The notes under the pieces are model-generated. The model was not told the DNA's origin, made no database searches, and was given only the letters and a program-made list of their open reading frames with translations. Made by a program: the position numbers and the translations under genes. A stretch of DNA of 64,000 nt from Candidatus Bathyarchaeia archaeon (GTDB taxonomy: Archaea > Thermoproteota > Bathyarchaeia > Bathyarchaeales > Bathycorpusculaceae): NCBI GenBank assembly GCA_050015395.1, contig JBEKBM010000003.1:73455-137454 (forward strand), written 5' to 3'. Positions 37,843-47,477 of this stretch are shown piece after piece (positions within the stretch are counted from its first letter, which is position 1; each line of letters opens with the position of its first letter).

Positions 37843-37959
37843 GAGCCCAATTTTTCTTTTTATCCCGAATTCTAGTTTTTTTAACCTTAAGCAATTAAAT
37901 AAGTAGCGTACGCGTTATTTTCTATTAGCCAAAATTTTTCGGTTTCAAATCATGCGTGA

Positions 37960-38079
37960 TTATTCAAATCCCTCGCCGAATTGCTTGAAAAAGTCGAAGC
38001 GACAAAAAAACGGCTAGAAATCATAGATTTAACCGCAAACTACCTGAAAACGCTTAATCCAGATAAAAGGCAAATATAA
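37960..38079 (+). pseudogene. N-terminal remnant of an ATP-dependent DNA ligase
   Basis: LFKSLAELLEKVEATKKRLEIIDLTANYLKTLNPD resembles the archaeal ligase N-terminus; no start codon, stop after 39 aa. Confidence 0.65.
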
Positions 38080-38108
38080 CACTAACTAACAACACTTCAT
38101 TCTGGAGA

Positions 38109-39158
38109 ATGGTTAATGTGGATGAGGCAGAAAAGAAAGCGTTCGCTAAAGAATTCTACAGTCGCCAAACAATACTAAAAGAACTGGGCGAAAAAGGACA
38201 GCGGCAAATAGCCAAATCTAAAGTTGCAATTGTCGGCGCCGGAGGATTAGGGACCGTTTCATCACTCTATCTCGCTTTAGCTGGCGTCGGCTACATACGC
38301 TTAATCGACCAAGACACCATAGAAACTCATAACCTGCACAGGCAAATCCTATACAACACTGACGACTTGCATTATCCAAAGACTGAAGTTGCCGCAAAAA
38401 AACTGGAAAAACTCAACCCGCTCATAACCGTTGAAGCAATTCCAGAAAATGTGAACGCAGGCAACGTTGAACGACTTTTAGATGGTGTCGACTGTGTTGT
38501 TGACGGCTTAGATAACATGGTGACTCGTTACCTTGTTAATCGTGCCTGCGTAAAATTGAAGATTCCGTACGTTTTCGGCGCAGCCATCGGTATTGAAGGC
38601 AATCTCTCGGTGTTTGCTCCGCCTGAAACTGGCTGCTTGGAATGTTTGATGCCTAACCTTTCCGATACGGATTTACTAACGTGTAGTACCCGTGGAGTCC
38701 TTGGGGCAACAACTGGAATAATCGGCGCTTTGCAAGCCATGGAAACAATAAAACTCTTAGCTGGTATAGGCTCAACTTTAAAGGGTAAACTGCTGGTCTG
38801 CGACTTCAGCGACATGGATTTCACCAATATAGACATTTCAAAAAGCACCCGCTGTCCAGTCTGTCACGGAGACTTATCTTCAGTAGCTAGCGGTGAACGG
38901 CTGGTTTGGCTTTGCGGACGAGACACAGCTAACATTAACCCTGAAAAACCATTAAAGCTGAACCTTGAGGAGATTTACCCAATGGTGAACAAGCGGTTTA
39001 GTGTTAGTTTAAAGTCACGTTTGGCTCTTATGTTTAATTACAAGGGTTATGAGGTTAGCTTGTTTAACGGTGGACGCATGCTAATCAAGAATGTTGCAAG
39101 CGAAAAAGAAGCCTTGAAGGCTTACAGGGAAATAATCAGCACTTTAAACGCTTCTTAA
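38109..39158 (+). CDS. ThiF/MoeB/UbaA E1-like adenylyltransferase
   Basis: YSRQ, VGAGGLG, NLHRQILY, VDGLDN, CLEC, CPVC. Confidence 0.92.
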   Translation: MVNVDEAEKKAFAKEFYSRQTILKELGEKGQRQIAKSKVAIVGAGGLGTVSSLYLALAGVGYIRLIDQDTIETHNLHRQILYNTDDLHYPKTEVAAKKLEKLNPLITVEAIPENVNAGNVERLLDGVDCVVDGLDNMVTRYLVNRACVKLKIPYVFGAAIGIEGNLSVFAPPETGCLECLMPNLSDTDLLTCSTRGVLGATTGIIGALQAMETIKLLAGIGSTLKGKLLVCDFSDMDFTNIDISKSTRCPVCHGDLSSVASGERLVWLCGRDTANINPEKPLKLNLEEIYPMVNKRFSVSLKSRLALMFNYKGYEVSLFNGGRMLIKNVASEKEALKAYREIISTLNAS

Positions 39159-39359
39159 GTAGCGGTCACTAAGGGTAGGATAGTCTAGTTTTTAGCTAGT
39201 CAAAATACGCCTAACAACTAAGTATTGGCAGAGGATAGATAGGGCATAATTTTTGTTATTGAATTTCTCTAGCAAATAGTATACCTCTCTTCCCCTCTTT
39301 GGCTAACTTCTCAAAAAAGCGTTTGAATCCTCGCTATGAAGTACGTTTTTTCTCAGCGG

Positions 39360-40706
39360 CTATAGCATTAGGTGAAAGCCCATGCTCAATTCAGCCCACA
39401 GCACCAATGATGCTACAGCAACTTCCACTATGGACAATACAGCACCTACTTTCAGGTATTCTTTAAGGCTAAGGTTGATGCCTTTCCGCCGCATCGTTTC
39501 CATCCACATCAGAATAGCCAGTGATCCCAAGGGGAAAAAGTGGGGACCCAAGTTGTTCCCAATCACATTGCTGAAAATCAAACGTGTTAATGTTGTTCCA
39601 GTTACGGCTGCTTGCTTGATGCTGAGCAAACCTAGAATCGTCATCGGCCAGTTGTTCATGAAACTCGCCCCGACGGTTACAACCATGCTTGGCGCAAAAA
39701 CTCCTAGCACGGAGGGAAACTTGCTAGTCGTCTCGAGCGCAGAGGCTAACAGGTTGGTTATTCCAGCAGTTTCCAATCCCTGGACCACTATGAAAATGCT
39801 AAGCATGAACAACAAGATGTCCCAATTTATGTCCCTTGCCAACCCAGCGAGCCCTTTCCGCTCGCCGTTCACTGAGCCATCGTGCTTCAACGTAAACCAG
39901 TAAACCGCCACCAGAAACACCGCGCCGCTGCAAATTACGAGCGAAACTGGAACCCTGCTTAAAGAAGTTAAAATGTAGCCTACATCGATTGCTACAAGCG
40001 TAGCCATGCTTATCCTCAACAAACTAGGTGAAATCACGGTTTTTCCTCTGGTTAAAGCATCCGCAGCTTCAACATTGTAAGTCCTTGGTATCCGTTTCCT
40101 GAAAAACAGGTAAACCAACAGCAAACTGCTGGCGATTGTTGCCGCTGCCACGGGACCCATAAAAATTAAGTGGTCGATGAAGGTGTACTTGAAAAAATCG
40201 GCGCTCAAGATGTTGATTGGGTTGCTTGTAATCAACGGCATGCCAGCAGTATCCGCGATTAATCCAGCACTGAAAAGGTATGCAAGCTTACCCTTTGAGT
40301 CTATATTCAAGCAAGTCACAATCTCCAACACAATCGGGATTAAAATCAAAACTGCGCTGTCATTCGCAAAAAGAACACTCACAGCCGCCGTTAGCAAAGC
40401 AACATAGAAGTAAAGCCGCAACCCGCTCCCGCCAGCTAACTTTACTACCCGCAACGCAGCCCACCTAAAAAAGCCCATAGCATCCAACGTCACAGACAAC
40501 GCTACGATTCCGAGAAACGCCAAAGCTGCATCCCAAATGCTCAAGAAAGACTGTGCAGCCTGCCCCAAACTAACCGTACCAAGCAATAGTGAAGCTGCCG
40601 CGCCGATTCCAGCCGCGTAGCCAAGCCGCAAACCATGTGGACGCTTAATCATCAAAAAGAGCGTTACCACAAAGACAGCTACTGCAGCAACTCCAATGTA
40701 ATCCAA
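39360..40706 (-). CDS. ArsB/NhaD-family (ion transporter superfamily) efflux permease
   Basis: LFANDSAVLILIP, PLITSNPINI, NNWP, GNNLGP...GSLAILMW. Confidence 0.85.
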   Translation of the reverse strand: MDYIGVAAVAVFVVTLFLMIKRPHGLRLGYAAGIGAAASLLLGTVSLGQAAQSFLSIWDAALAFLGIVALSVTLDAMGFFRWAALRVVKLAGGSGLRLYFYVALLTAAVSVLFANDSAVLILIPIVLEIVTCLNIDSKGKLAYLFSAGLIADTAGMPLITSNPINILSADFFKYTFIDHLIFMGPVAAATIASSLLLVYLFFRKRIPRTYNVEAADALTRGKTVISPSLLRISMATLVAIDVGYILTSLSRVPVSLVICSGAVFLVAVYWFTLKHDGSVNGERKGLAGLARDINWDILLFMLSIFIVVQGLETAGITNLLASALETTSKFPSVLGVFAPSMVVTVGASFMNNWPMTILGLLSIKQAAVTGTTLTRLIFSNVIGNNLGPHFFPLGSLAILMWMETMRRKGINLSLKEYLKVGAVLSIVEVAVASLVLWAELSMGFHLML

Positions 40707-40839
40707 GACTAAGCCTCACGTTGTTTTAGCAAGCGATGCTTTCAAGTATAAAAAATTAGCTTACCAAACAAACAATAACTTGATATAGTCAAGAAAGAAA
40801 TTGCGCAAAAAAGAAAATTAAAAGATGGAAAAAAGAATT

Positions 40840-41907
40840 TTATTCTTGCTTCTTCTGCTTTCCAGGCCTAAGTGAGCGTACGGTTACGCCTGTACGCCAC
40901 ATTTCGCTGTTACCCATCGCTTTAAGTTCGTCAGCCAGCTTCTGCCTGTAATCTGGTGCTTTGCTTCTTTCAAGCACTATGCGTGTTTCTTCGCCTGCAG
41001 CCACCAAATCGTACAATGAATCGAACAGCGGTTTGGTTCCGTCGCGGAAGCGTTCTCTCCATCGTAATGCGCCGATGCGCGCGGTTTCACTGCAGTTGCA
41101 GTACATCCAGTCCATGCCGTTCTCATCAACTAAGCGAATTAGGCTTTGCGTAAGTTCCTCGACAGTTTCGTTGAAAGCTTCGCTTGGGCTGTGCCCACGT
41201 TCCCGCAACGTATTATATTGAGCTTCCATTATGCCTGCTAAAGCACCCATTAAAACGCCTCTTTCGCCAGTTAGGTCGCTGTACACTTCTTTCTCGAATG
41301 TTGTCGGGAATAAGTAGCCTGAACCTATGGCGATGCCGAGGGCTTTGACGCGGTCTTGAGCTTTACCCGTTGCGTCTTGGTGGACAGCGAAGCTGCAGTT
41401 TATGCCGCTTCCATCAACAAAGTTTCTGCGGACACTCGTGCCTGAACCTTTTGGCGCGACCAGAATTACATCTATGTCTTTTGGTGGAATGACGCCTGTC
41501 TGTTCTTTATACACGATGCTGAATCCATGGCTGAAGTACAGTGCGTCTCCCGCTTTGAGAGTTTTTTTGATGGTTGGCCAGACTTGTTTTTGCCCTGAGT
41601 CAGTTAAAAGGAACAGCTTGATGGTTCCTTTTTTGGCTGCTTCTTCCATGGGGAAGAGGTTTTCGCCTGGTTTCCAGCCGTCGGCAACTGCCTTATCCCA
41701 TTCTTTCTTGAAAACGCCGGTGTTTTCTTGTCCTATGATTACTTTTATTCCGTTGTCTCGCATGTTTAGTGACTGCGCTTGGCCTTGAATGCCGTAGCCA
41801 AGTGAAACAACGACTTCGTCTTTTAGGATTTTTTGGGCTTGCGCCACTGTAAACTCTTTACGAGTAATGACGTCTTCTACGACGCCACCGAAATCCATCT
41901 TTACCAT
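40840..41907 (-). CDS. ilvC: Ketol-acid reductoisomerase
   Basis: LGYGIQG, YFSHGF, VAPKGSG, EVYSDLTGERGVLMG, EAFNETVEE; ATG 41907. Confidence 0.95.
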   Translation of the reverse strand: MVKMDFGGVVEDVITRKEFTVAQAQKILKDEVVVSLGYGIQGQAQSLNMRDNGIKVIIGQENTGVFKKEWDKAVADGWKPGENLFPMEEAAKKGTIKLFLLTDSGQKQVWPTIKKTLKAGDALYFSHGFSIVYKEQTGVIPPKDIDVILVAPKGSGTSVRRNFVDGSGINCSFAVHQDATGKAQDRVKALGIAIGSGYLFPTTFEKEVYSDLTGERGVLMGALAGIMEAQYNTLRERGHSPSEAFNETVEELTQSLIRLVDENGMDWMYCNCSETARIGALRWRERFRDGTKPLFDSLYDLVAAGEETRIVLERSKAPDYRQKLADELKAMGNSEMWRTGVTVRSLRPGKQKKQE

Positions 41908-42143
41908 TTTATTTTTCCTCAAGCCAGACACTTTAGAGGACGCGGTAATTAAGAATTATCCCTCGAAATTAACTGTAGCTTGCGATTTCCATTAAAGCGT
42001 GAGACAAAACACTATGGATAATACATGTTGCTTAGGAAAACAAGCCTTCATCGTTGAACCCTCCTGCAGAATTCGTGACTAACTATGGCTGTTCCTTAGT
42101 CAACAAATACTATTTTGCTATAGTACCTTATGGTGAAAAACAA

Positions 42144-43073
42144 ATGAGTCAACTATCTAATCCGTTAGAAGTTTTGAAATCACTCTCAGAAGCAACAAGC
42201 TTGCTAATCAAGAAAATCTCGCAGTCAGTAGTTAGCGTAAAATCGCAAATGTCACACGGCACAGGCGTCGTCTTAACCAAAGACGGCTACATCGTCACCT
42301 GCAACCATGTTCTAGCAGGATGCAACACACTAAAAATAGGTCAAGAAGAAAAAACCTTCAACGCAAAAATCGTTGGATCCGACCCGTACAATGACATAGC
42401 CTTGCTAAAGGCGGAGAAAGGCGAATTTACACCCATAGAACTGGGCGATTCAGAAAAACTAAGCGTAGGCCAATACGTTTTGGCACTTGCTAACCCGTTT
42501 AATAGAAACCAGTCAACCGCCACCACCGGCATCGTAACTAGCGTAAACAGCACTCTTAGAGGCTGGCGTGGAACACAAATGGAAAACATAATCGCAACTG
42601 ACGCGCAGCTTAATCCAGGCTTCAGCGGCGGACCACTTGTGGATGTGGAAGGCAGAATCATCGGTATAAACGCGGCTTATGTTTGGCAAAGAGGCATCGC
42701 TATTCCAATAAACAAGGTGAAAGCAGTCGCTGACAGGCTAATGACTGGACGAGTAACTCAGAAAGGTTACCTTGGCATAATCGCTAACACAGTGGCTATT
42801 CCCGAGGAAATCGCTGAGCAAGCAGGCTTAGAACAGGAAAGCGGAGTAATGATTTTCTCCGTTGAACCGGGCTCACCAGCACGCAAAGCAGGCTTAGCCA
42901 TGGGCGACGTACTAGTAAAATTCAACGGCAAACCCGTCACTGACTTCTACGACCTACCAAGACTACTCGCTGAAGACGTGATAGATAAAGAAACCAAGCT
43001 AACCATCATCCGACGAGAAAACCTAATCGAAGTAACAATTACCCCAACCGTTCACGGAGGCGAAGAAGACTGA
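42144..43073 (+). CDS. HtrA/DegP-like S1C serine protease with PDZ domain
   Basis: VTCNHV, DIALLK, LNPGFSGGPL, PDZ GSPARKAGL..GDV; no signal peptide; ATG 42144. Confidence 0.92.
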   Translation: MSQLSNPLEVLKSLSEATSLLIKKISQSVVSVKSQMSHGTGVVLTKDGYIVTCNHVLAGCNTLKIGQEEKTFNAKIVGSDPYNDIALLKAEKGEFTPIELGDSEKLSVGQYVLALANPFNRNQSTATTGIVTSVNSTLRGWRGTQMENIIATDAQLNPGFSGGPLVDVEGRIIGINAAYVWQRGIAIPINKVKAVADRLMTGRVTQKGYLGIIANTVAIPEEIAEQAGLEQESGVMIFSVEPGSPARKAGLAMGDVLVKFNGKPVTDFYDLPRLLAEDVIDKETKLTIIRRENLIEVTITPTVHGGEED

Positions 43074-43215
43074 TAAACCGTTCCCCATTAGAGCTTGAAC
43101 CACCCGAACCAATGCGCCCACCGCCACTTCGACGTTCACCTTACCCGATGCCGCAACTCAGCAATGCAAGCGCTGTTGCTTCAATGGCTCCTTTCCCATC
43201 TGTTTTCGATTAACG

Positions 43216-43241
43216 AAAGGAGCAACCTTTTTTATTTTTTT
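43216..43241 (+). terminator. Short hairpin plus T-tract
   Basis: AAAGG-AGCAA-CCTTT followed by T-runs. Confidence 0.5.
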
Positions 43242-43302
43242 AATTCGGCTATGTACTTAACTTATAAGTAAATTCTACCTATCCAATATTAAAGTGGTTT
43301 AA

Positions 43303-43698
43303 ATGCACGCTGCGCTTGCTGTCATTATTGGGGTTTTAGTAGCCATTGGGGCACTTCTTTTGTTTGCAGCCGTTTTAGGAATAACTTATTATGGGGTAGC
43401 TGTTCCACTTGAAGGTTCTCTTGCAGCAACTCTCTTTGTCGTAGCATTGATTGTAGCGTTGATTTTTTATGCGGGGGTCAAGGCTCAGTTTAGGCGGGTA
43501 AAAACAGGCAAAGAAGCCTTAATCGGTGCCAGAGGCATAGCAACAAGTGACCTTAAACCTAAAGGTGAAGTCCGCGTTATAGGCGAGTTCTGGGAAGCCA
43601 CCGCCAAAGATACGACAATAACTGCTGGCCAAGCAGTGGAAGTTGTAAGCATGGACGGCGTGTATCTTGTAGTTAAGCCAGCCGAGCAAAAAGCTTAA
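43303..43698 (+). CDS. Short NfeD-family protein (TM plus OB-fold)
   Basis: KTGKEALIG, GEVRVIGEFWEA; upstream of the SPFH gene. Confidence 0.88.
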   Translation: MHAALAVIIGVLVAIGALLLFAAVLGITYYGVAVPLEGSLAATLFVVALIVALIFYAGVKAQFRRVKTGKEALIGARGIATSDLKPKGEVRVIGEFWEATAKDTTITAGQAVEVVSMDGVYLVVKPAEQKA

Positions 43699-43738
43699 CT
43701 CTCCAGAGTGCAGAATACTTATTGAAGGTGTGAATTAA

Positions 43739-44605
43739 ATGTCGGCAGTTATAGAGGGTACGATTGGGTTCATAGCTTTTGTAGTTGTAATTTTCGTGTT
43801 AAGCGGCATTCGAGTGCTAAGAGAATGGGAACGAATGCCTGTACTACGATTAGGGCGGTATGTAGGCTTGAAAGGTCCTGGCATCATATACCTCATACCC
43901 CTCATCGATCGTGCACCCATGAAAATCTCCACTCGACTAGACACTATACAATTCAGGACCGAATCAACCCTCACAAAAGACAACGTTCCCGTAAATGTAG
44001 ACTCAGTACTATACATGAGACCCGTAGATCTGGAAAAAGCAGTCCTGCAAGTTGAAAACTACCTCCAAGCCTCGCAGCTGGCGTCACAGACTACGCTTAG
44101 AGAAGTCATAGGAAAAGTCAGCCTTAATGAGTTGCTTGCTGAACGCGAAAAAGTCGGAGCGCGCCTGCGTGAAATTATCGACGAAAAAACTGAGGCATGG
44201 GGCATAAAAGTCACAGCCGTCGAAGTCCGAGACGTCATAATACCGAGTAACCTGCAAGACGCCATGAGCCGCCAAGCGCAGGCTGAACGGGAACGTATGG
44301 CAAGAGTAACCTTAGCCACAGCTGAGTTCGAAGCGTCACAAAAAATGATTGAAGCAGCAAAAGCGTACGAGGCAAGCCCAACAGGCCTAAGACTTAGGTG
44401 GATGAACATACTCTACGAGTTAGGTCAGCAATCACAAACAAACACAATCATGTTAGTGCCCGCGGTCATGCCGGAAGCAGGCTGGCCTCCAGTTGGAGTC
44501 TACGGCTTCAAAGACCTAACTATGGCACAACAGGAAGTGGCAAAGAAAAGACCAATGGCAAAAATAGAACCACCGCCACAACAACCCCCTGAACAACCAG
44601 AGTAA
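43739..44605 (+). CDS. SPFH/stomatin (band 7) protein
   Basis: GPGIIYLIPLID, LTKDNVPVNVD, QTTLREVIG, WGIKVTAVEVRD, AMSRQAQAERE. Confidence 0.93.
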   Translation: MSAVIEGTIGFIAFVVVIFVLSGIRVLREWERMPVLRLGRYVGLKGPGIIYLIPLIDRAPMKISTRLDTIQFRTESTLTKDNVPVNVDSVLYMRPVDLEKAVLQVENYLQASQLASQTTLREVIGKVSLNELLAEREKVGARLREIIDEKTEAWGIKVTAVEVRDVIIPSNLQDAMSRQAQAERERMARVTLATAEFEASQKMIEAAKAYEASPTGLRLRWMNILYELGQQSQTNTIMLVPAVMPEAGWPPVGVYGFKDLTMAQQEVAKKRPMAKIEPPPQQPPEQPE

Positions 44606-44729
44606 ACAAACCTTTTTTCCTTCTTTTTCCTTTTTGTCGGCAAGGCCCAGAAACGTTAGAACTTATTGAATTTGTAACTGAAAAAGATGAGCTTTTGGCT
44701 TGAACGGGAATCAAAAACAAGAAAATCAG

Positions 44730-45767
44730 TTATGTTTGCTTGGTCGGAGCTGCTTTTACTGCTTTCACAGTGTGCTCCAGCAAAAGTTGAGCCGCTTCTT
44801 GGCTAGGCCAGCCGCCTAAACCGCAGTCAGGACCCGTAAAAGTCATTCGGTCGCCGTATTTTTCTTTGGCAACTTTGTATCTTTTCATTATCGTTTCTTC
44901 TGGCTCAACCAATTGCTCAGCTGAAGGTTTAGCGACGCCTTTCTCATAGAGTTCAGCCAAAATGCTGTCAATGTCTGTTCTGGAAACGCCTACTCTGATT
45001 TGCTTATCCGCCTTCTCCAGCAAACTTTTAGGAACTGATTCAATGTTGCTTGGCGAAGCCGCATACTCAAACGATAACACATCAAGGTTTTTAACGCAAA
45101 GCAAATCATGCACTCCAGAAGCTGAATGCAAGTGAATCTGCCGTGTGGCTCCTTGGAAATCAAATGCTTTCTCAAGTACCTCGCAAATCAAGTCAGGTGT
45201 GGTTTGGATGTTGTTGAAGCCGAAGCTTGGCTCGTCAATAGAAACTACTTTGGTTTCGATGTACTTGTTGTTTAAGAGGGCGTTTTTTGCAAACCGCCTA
45301 ATTGTCTCCGCAAAACCGTCCAGCACATCAGCGTAAGCTGTTTTTCCAACCTCATGCAAATACTGCTCCAGAGGACCAAAAACTGAAACGCGCAACTGAA
45401 TTTTTTTGCCGAATTCTTCGCTGAGGACTTTGGCTTGTTGATTGATTAAGTGTACTTCGGGAAAAACTGCTTTGTCTTGGTCAACAACAAAGGAGCCATT
45501 CGCCATTGCTAAGTGGATTACATCGCCGACTTGTTTGATCCCATCGTACTGTTGAGGAAAGTTAACGACATCTAAGCCCGAAGCGACTTTTTTCTTAAAT
45601 GAATCAAGTACTATTTGGCTGAAATTGCTTTGTAAAAAGTTATCCTTCGTTATATCCTTGCCTTGGAATATTGCTTCTCTTGCAAGCTGGTACGCCTTGC
45701 TAAAGCTTTCTCTTCCAACTCCGAATGGCAACGGGAAACTGCCTATGTCGTCAACTAAAGTCTCCAT
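44730..45767 (-). CDS. Core (catalytic-domain-only) methionine synthase-like protein
   Basis: DIGSFP, VSIDEPS, QIHLH, LSFEYA, GPDCGL. Confidence 0.75.
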   Translation of the reverse strand: METLVDDIGSFPLPFGVGRESFSKAYQLAREAIFQGKDITKDNFLQSNFSQIVLDSFKKKVASGLDVVNFPQQYDGIKQVGDVIHLAMANGSFVVDQDKAVFPEVHLINQQAKVLSEEFGKKIQLRVSVFGPLEQYLHEVGKTAYADVLDGFAETIRRFAKNALLNNKYIETKVVSIDEPSFGFNNIQTTPDLICEVLEKAFDFQGATRQIHLHSASGVHDLLCVKNLDVLSFEYAASPSNIESVPKSLLEKADKQIRVGVSRTDIDSILAELYEKGVAKPSAEQLVEPEETIMKRYKVAKEKYGDRMTFTGPDCGLGGWPSQEAAQLLLEHTVKAVKAAPTKQT

Positions 45768-45829
45768 AAAGTATTATTGACTCTATAAATTCTATTAAAG
45801 CTAACCCTACCCTTAAACCGCTGAAAGGT

Positions 45830-46255
45830 ATGACTCTTATGTCCGAATGCATATTCTGCCAGATAATCCGCAAAGAAGCGCCTGCAAGCATAGTTTACGA
45901 GGACGCGCAAGTAGTGGCTTTCTTAAGTAACCGACCCGTAAACGTTGGGCACGTGCTTGTGGCTCCAAAAAAGCATTACGAGAATATTTACGAGATTCCA
46001 GAGGAAGAAGCAGCTTACCTGTTCAAGATAGTCAAGAAGATTGCACACGCCGTTAAAACCGCAACAGGCATTGAAGGCATAAGAATTGTACAGAATAATG
46101 GTGAAGCGGCTGGGCAAGTGGTTTTTCACTTGCATGTGCATGTTATTCCAATGAAACCGTACAGTCAGTTCCGCCATGAAAACGGTTTCAGAGCTATTGA
46201 GTTGCTGGATAAGGACGCTGAGAAAATAAAACAGCAATTAATAACCAAAAATTAG
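45830..46255 (+). CDS. HIT-family hydrolase
   Basis: CIFCQI, GHVLVAPKKH, NNGEAAGQVVFHLHVHVIP. Confidence 0.95.
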   Translation: MTLMSECIFCQIIRKEAPASIVYEDAQVVAFLSNRPVNVGHVLVAPKKHYENIYEIPEEEAAYLFKIVKKIAHAVKTATGIEGIRIVQNNGEAAGQVVFHLHVHVIPMKPYSQFRHENGFRAIELLDKDAEKIKQQLITKN

Positions 46256-46667
46256 TTCAGTAAAAGTTCTCAAGGGAAAAGGTCATGTAAACTTTTAAGG
46301 GATTTACTCTATCGGGGTTAAAGTTCGTCCGCACGACGAACATGTTTGGAAACCTATAGCCGATACTAATGCCGAAATAGTGTATTGCTCAAGTAGTGAA
46401 AGCTGTCGTACTTTTCTCGATTGGGCAGTAAGCACCAGACCTAATAAGGCAACCCAAACGGCTAAGCAAAAGCTCCCGGCTTTAGGGTATACTTTTTGAT
46501 AGGAAAATTCGTCAACAAAATTGACCCTCCTCCCCCTCTTTTTAGACCAAGTTCTCATAGCCAAAAAGAGAAGCTCCAGCAGGAAATATCAGCCAAAAAC
46601 CGTTTTTTCAGGCACAGCTATAAAAGAGGGAAAAACAACATTGCTTAACATTAAAAGCTGGATAAAC

Positions 46668-47012
46668 ATGACTCAACCCCCAAACGAACAAAACAACAAT
46701 ACCCAATCAGCACCCCAAATAGAGAAACTTTTAATCGATGATCCCTCACACTTCCAGTTCCACGCAGCATACCTTGTTTACTCCGAAACGTTTGACAAGG
46801 TAACTGATGCTCAAGCAAAAAAGGAACTGAACCAGAACCTTGAAGATTTAAAAGCAAACAAAATAGACTACGAAACATTTTACCTAAACATTTCACATTA
46901 CAGAAAATTAGACATCCCCCGCCAAGAAAGGTTCTCTATGCAGACTCAGCGAAAGAAGGATTGGCGCAAGAAAACACAAAGGCAAGAAAGAATAAAAAGA
47001 CACAAAAAATAA
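46668..47012 (+). CDS. Hypothetical protein with very basic C-terminus
   Basis: ATG 46668; ends RKKDWRKKTQRQERIKRHKK. Confidence 0.65.
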   Translation: MTQPPNEQNNNTQSAPQIEKLLIDDPSHFQFHAAYLVYSETFDKVTDAQAKKELNQNLEDLKANKIDYETFYLNISHYRKLDIPRQERFSMQTQRKKDWRKKTQRQERIKRHKK

Positions 47013-47384
47013 ATCAGTTTAAAACTCTTTAATTTTAATTTCCCAATATTGTTGGATATTTTGGTAAATAAGATTAGGTTTTAGGGCAAGTACAATGCCT
47101 GCCGCAATCACCCCGAAACCTTACGGTTTAAAGATTGTAAAGAACAATTGTACTATGATTTGGTGAGCAAGTGCAGGAAATGGCTGAGCGAGGCTACAGC
47201 ACAGTACTAACTGCTACCAAGCAGTCATCCATATTTGTGCAAGGAACGAGTACCCGCATGACCGTGCTAACAAATGAAACGTCAATTAACTAACAAAGCG
47301 GAAATATGATTCAAACCTTTCTCCATTAAGAGTCATTTATGCGAGTCGATGCTAATTTGAAGATTCTGAGAAGATAGTTGACCG

Positions 47385-47455
47385 TGTTTAAACATGTTTA
47401 AACAGTTCATAGGGAAGTTTTATCTATAAAGCCTATATTTCAACATGTTTATAAC
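47385..47455. promoter_or_regulatory. Palindromic operator candidate and TATA box of the CoA operon
   Basis: (TGTTTAAACA)x2 at 47385-47404, TATA-like TTTATCTATAAA at ~47419, related AACATGTTTA at 47442. Confidence 0.6.
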
Positions 47456-47477
47456 CTGAAAAATGGAGCAAAATTGA

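Noticed and set aside
47171-47293. tRNA D-arm-like sequence (GCT GAGCGAGGCTAC AGC) or 40-aa ORF
   Set aside because: No valid anticodon loop, T-arm or acceptor pairing; the ORF has no supporting motif
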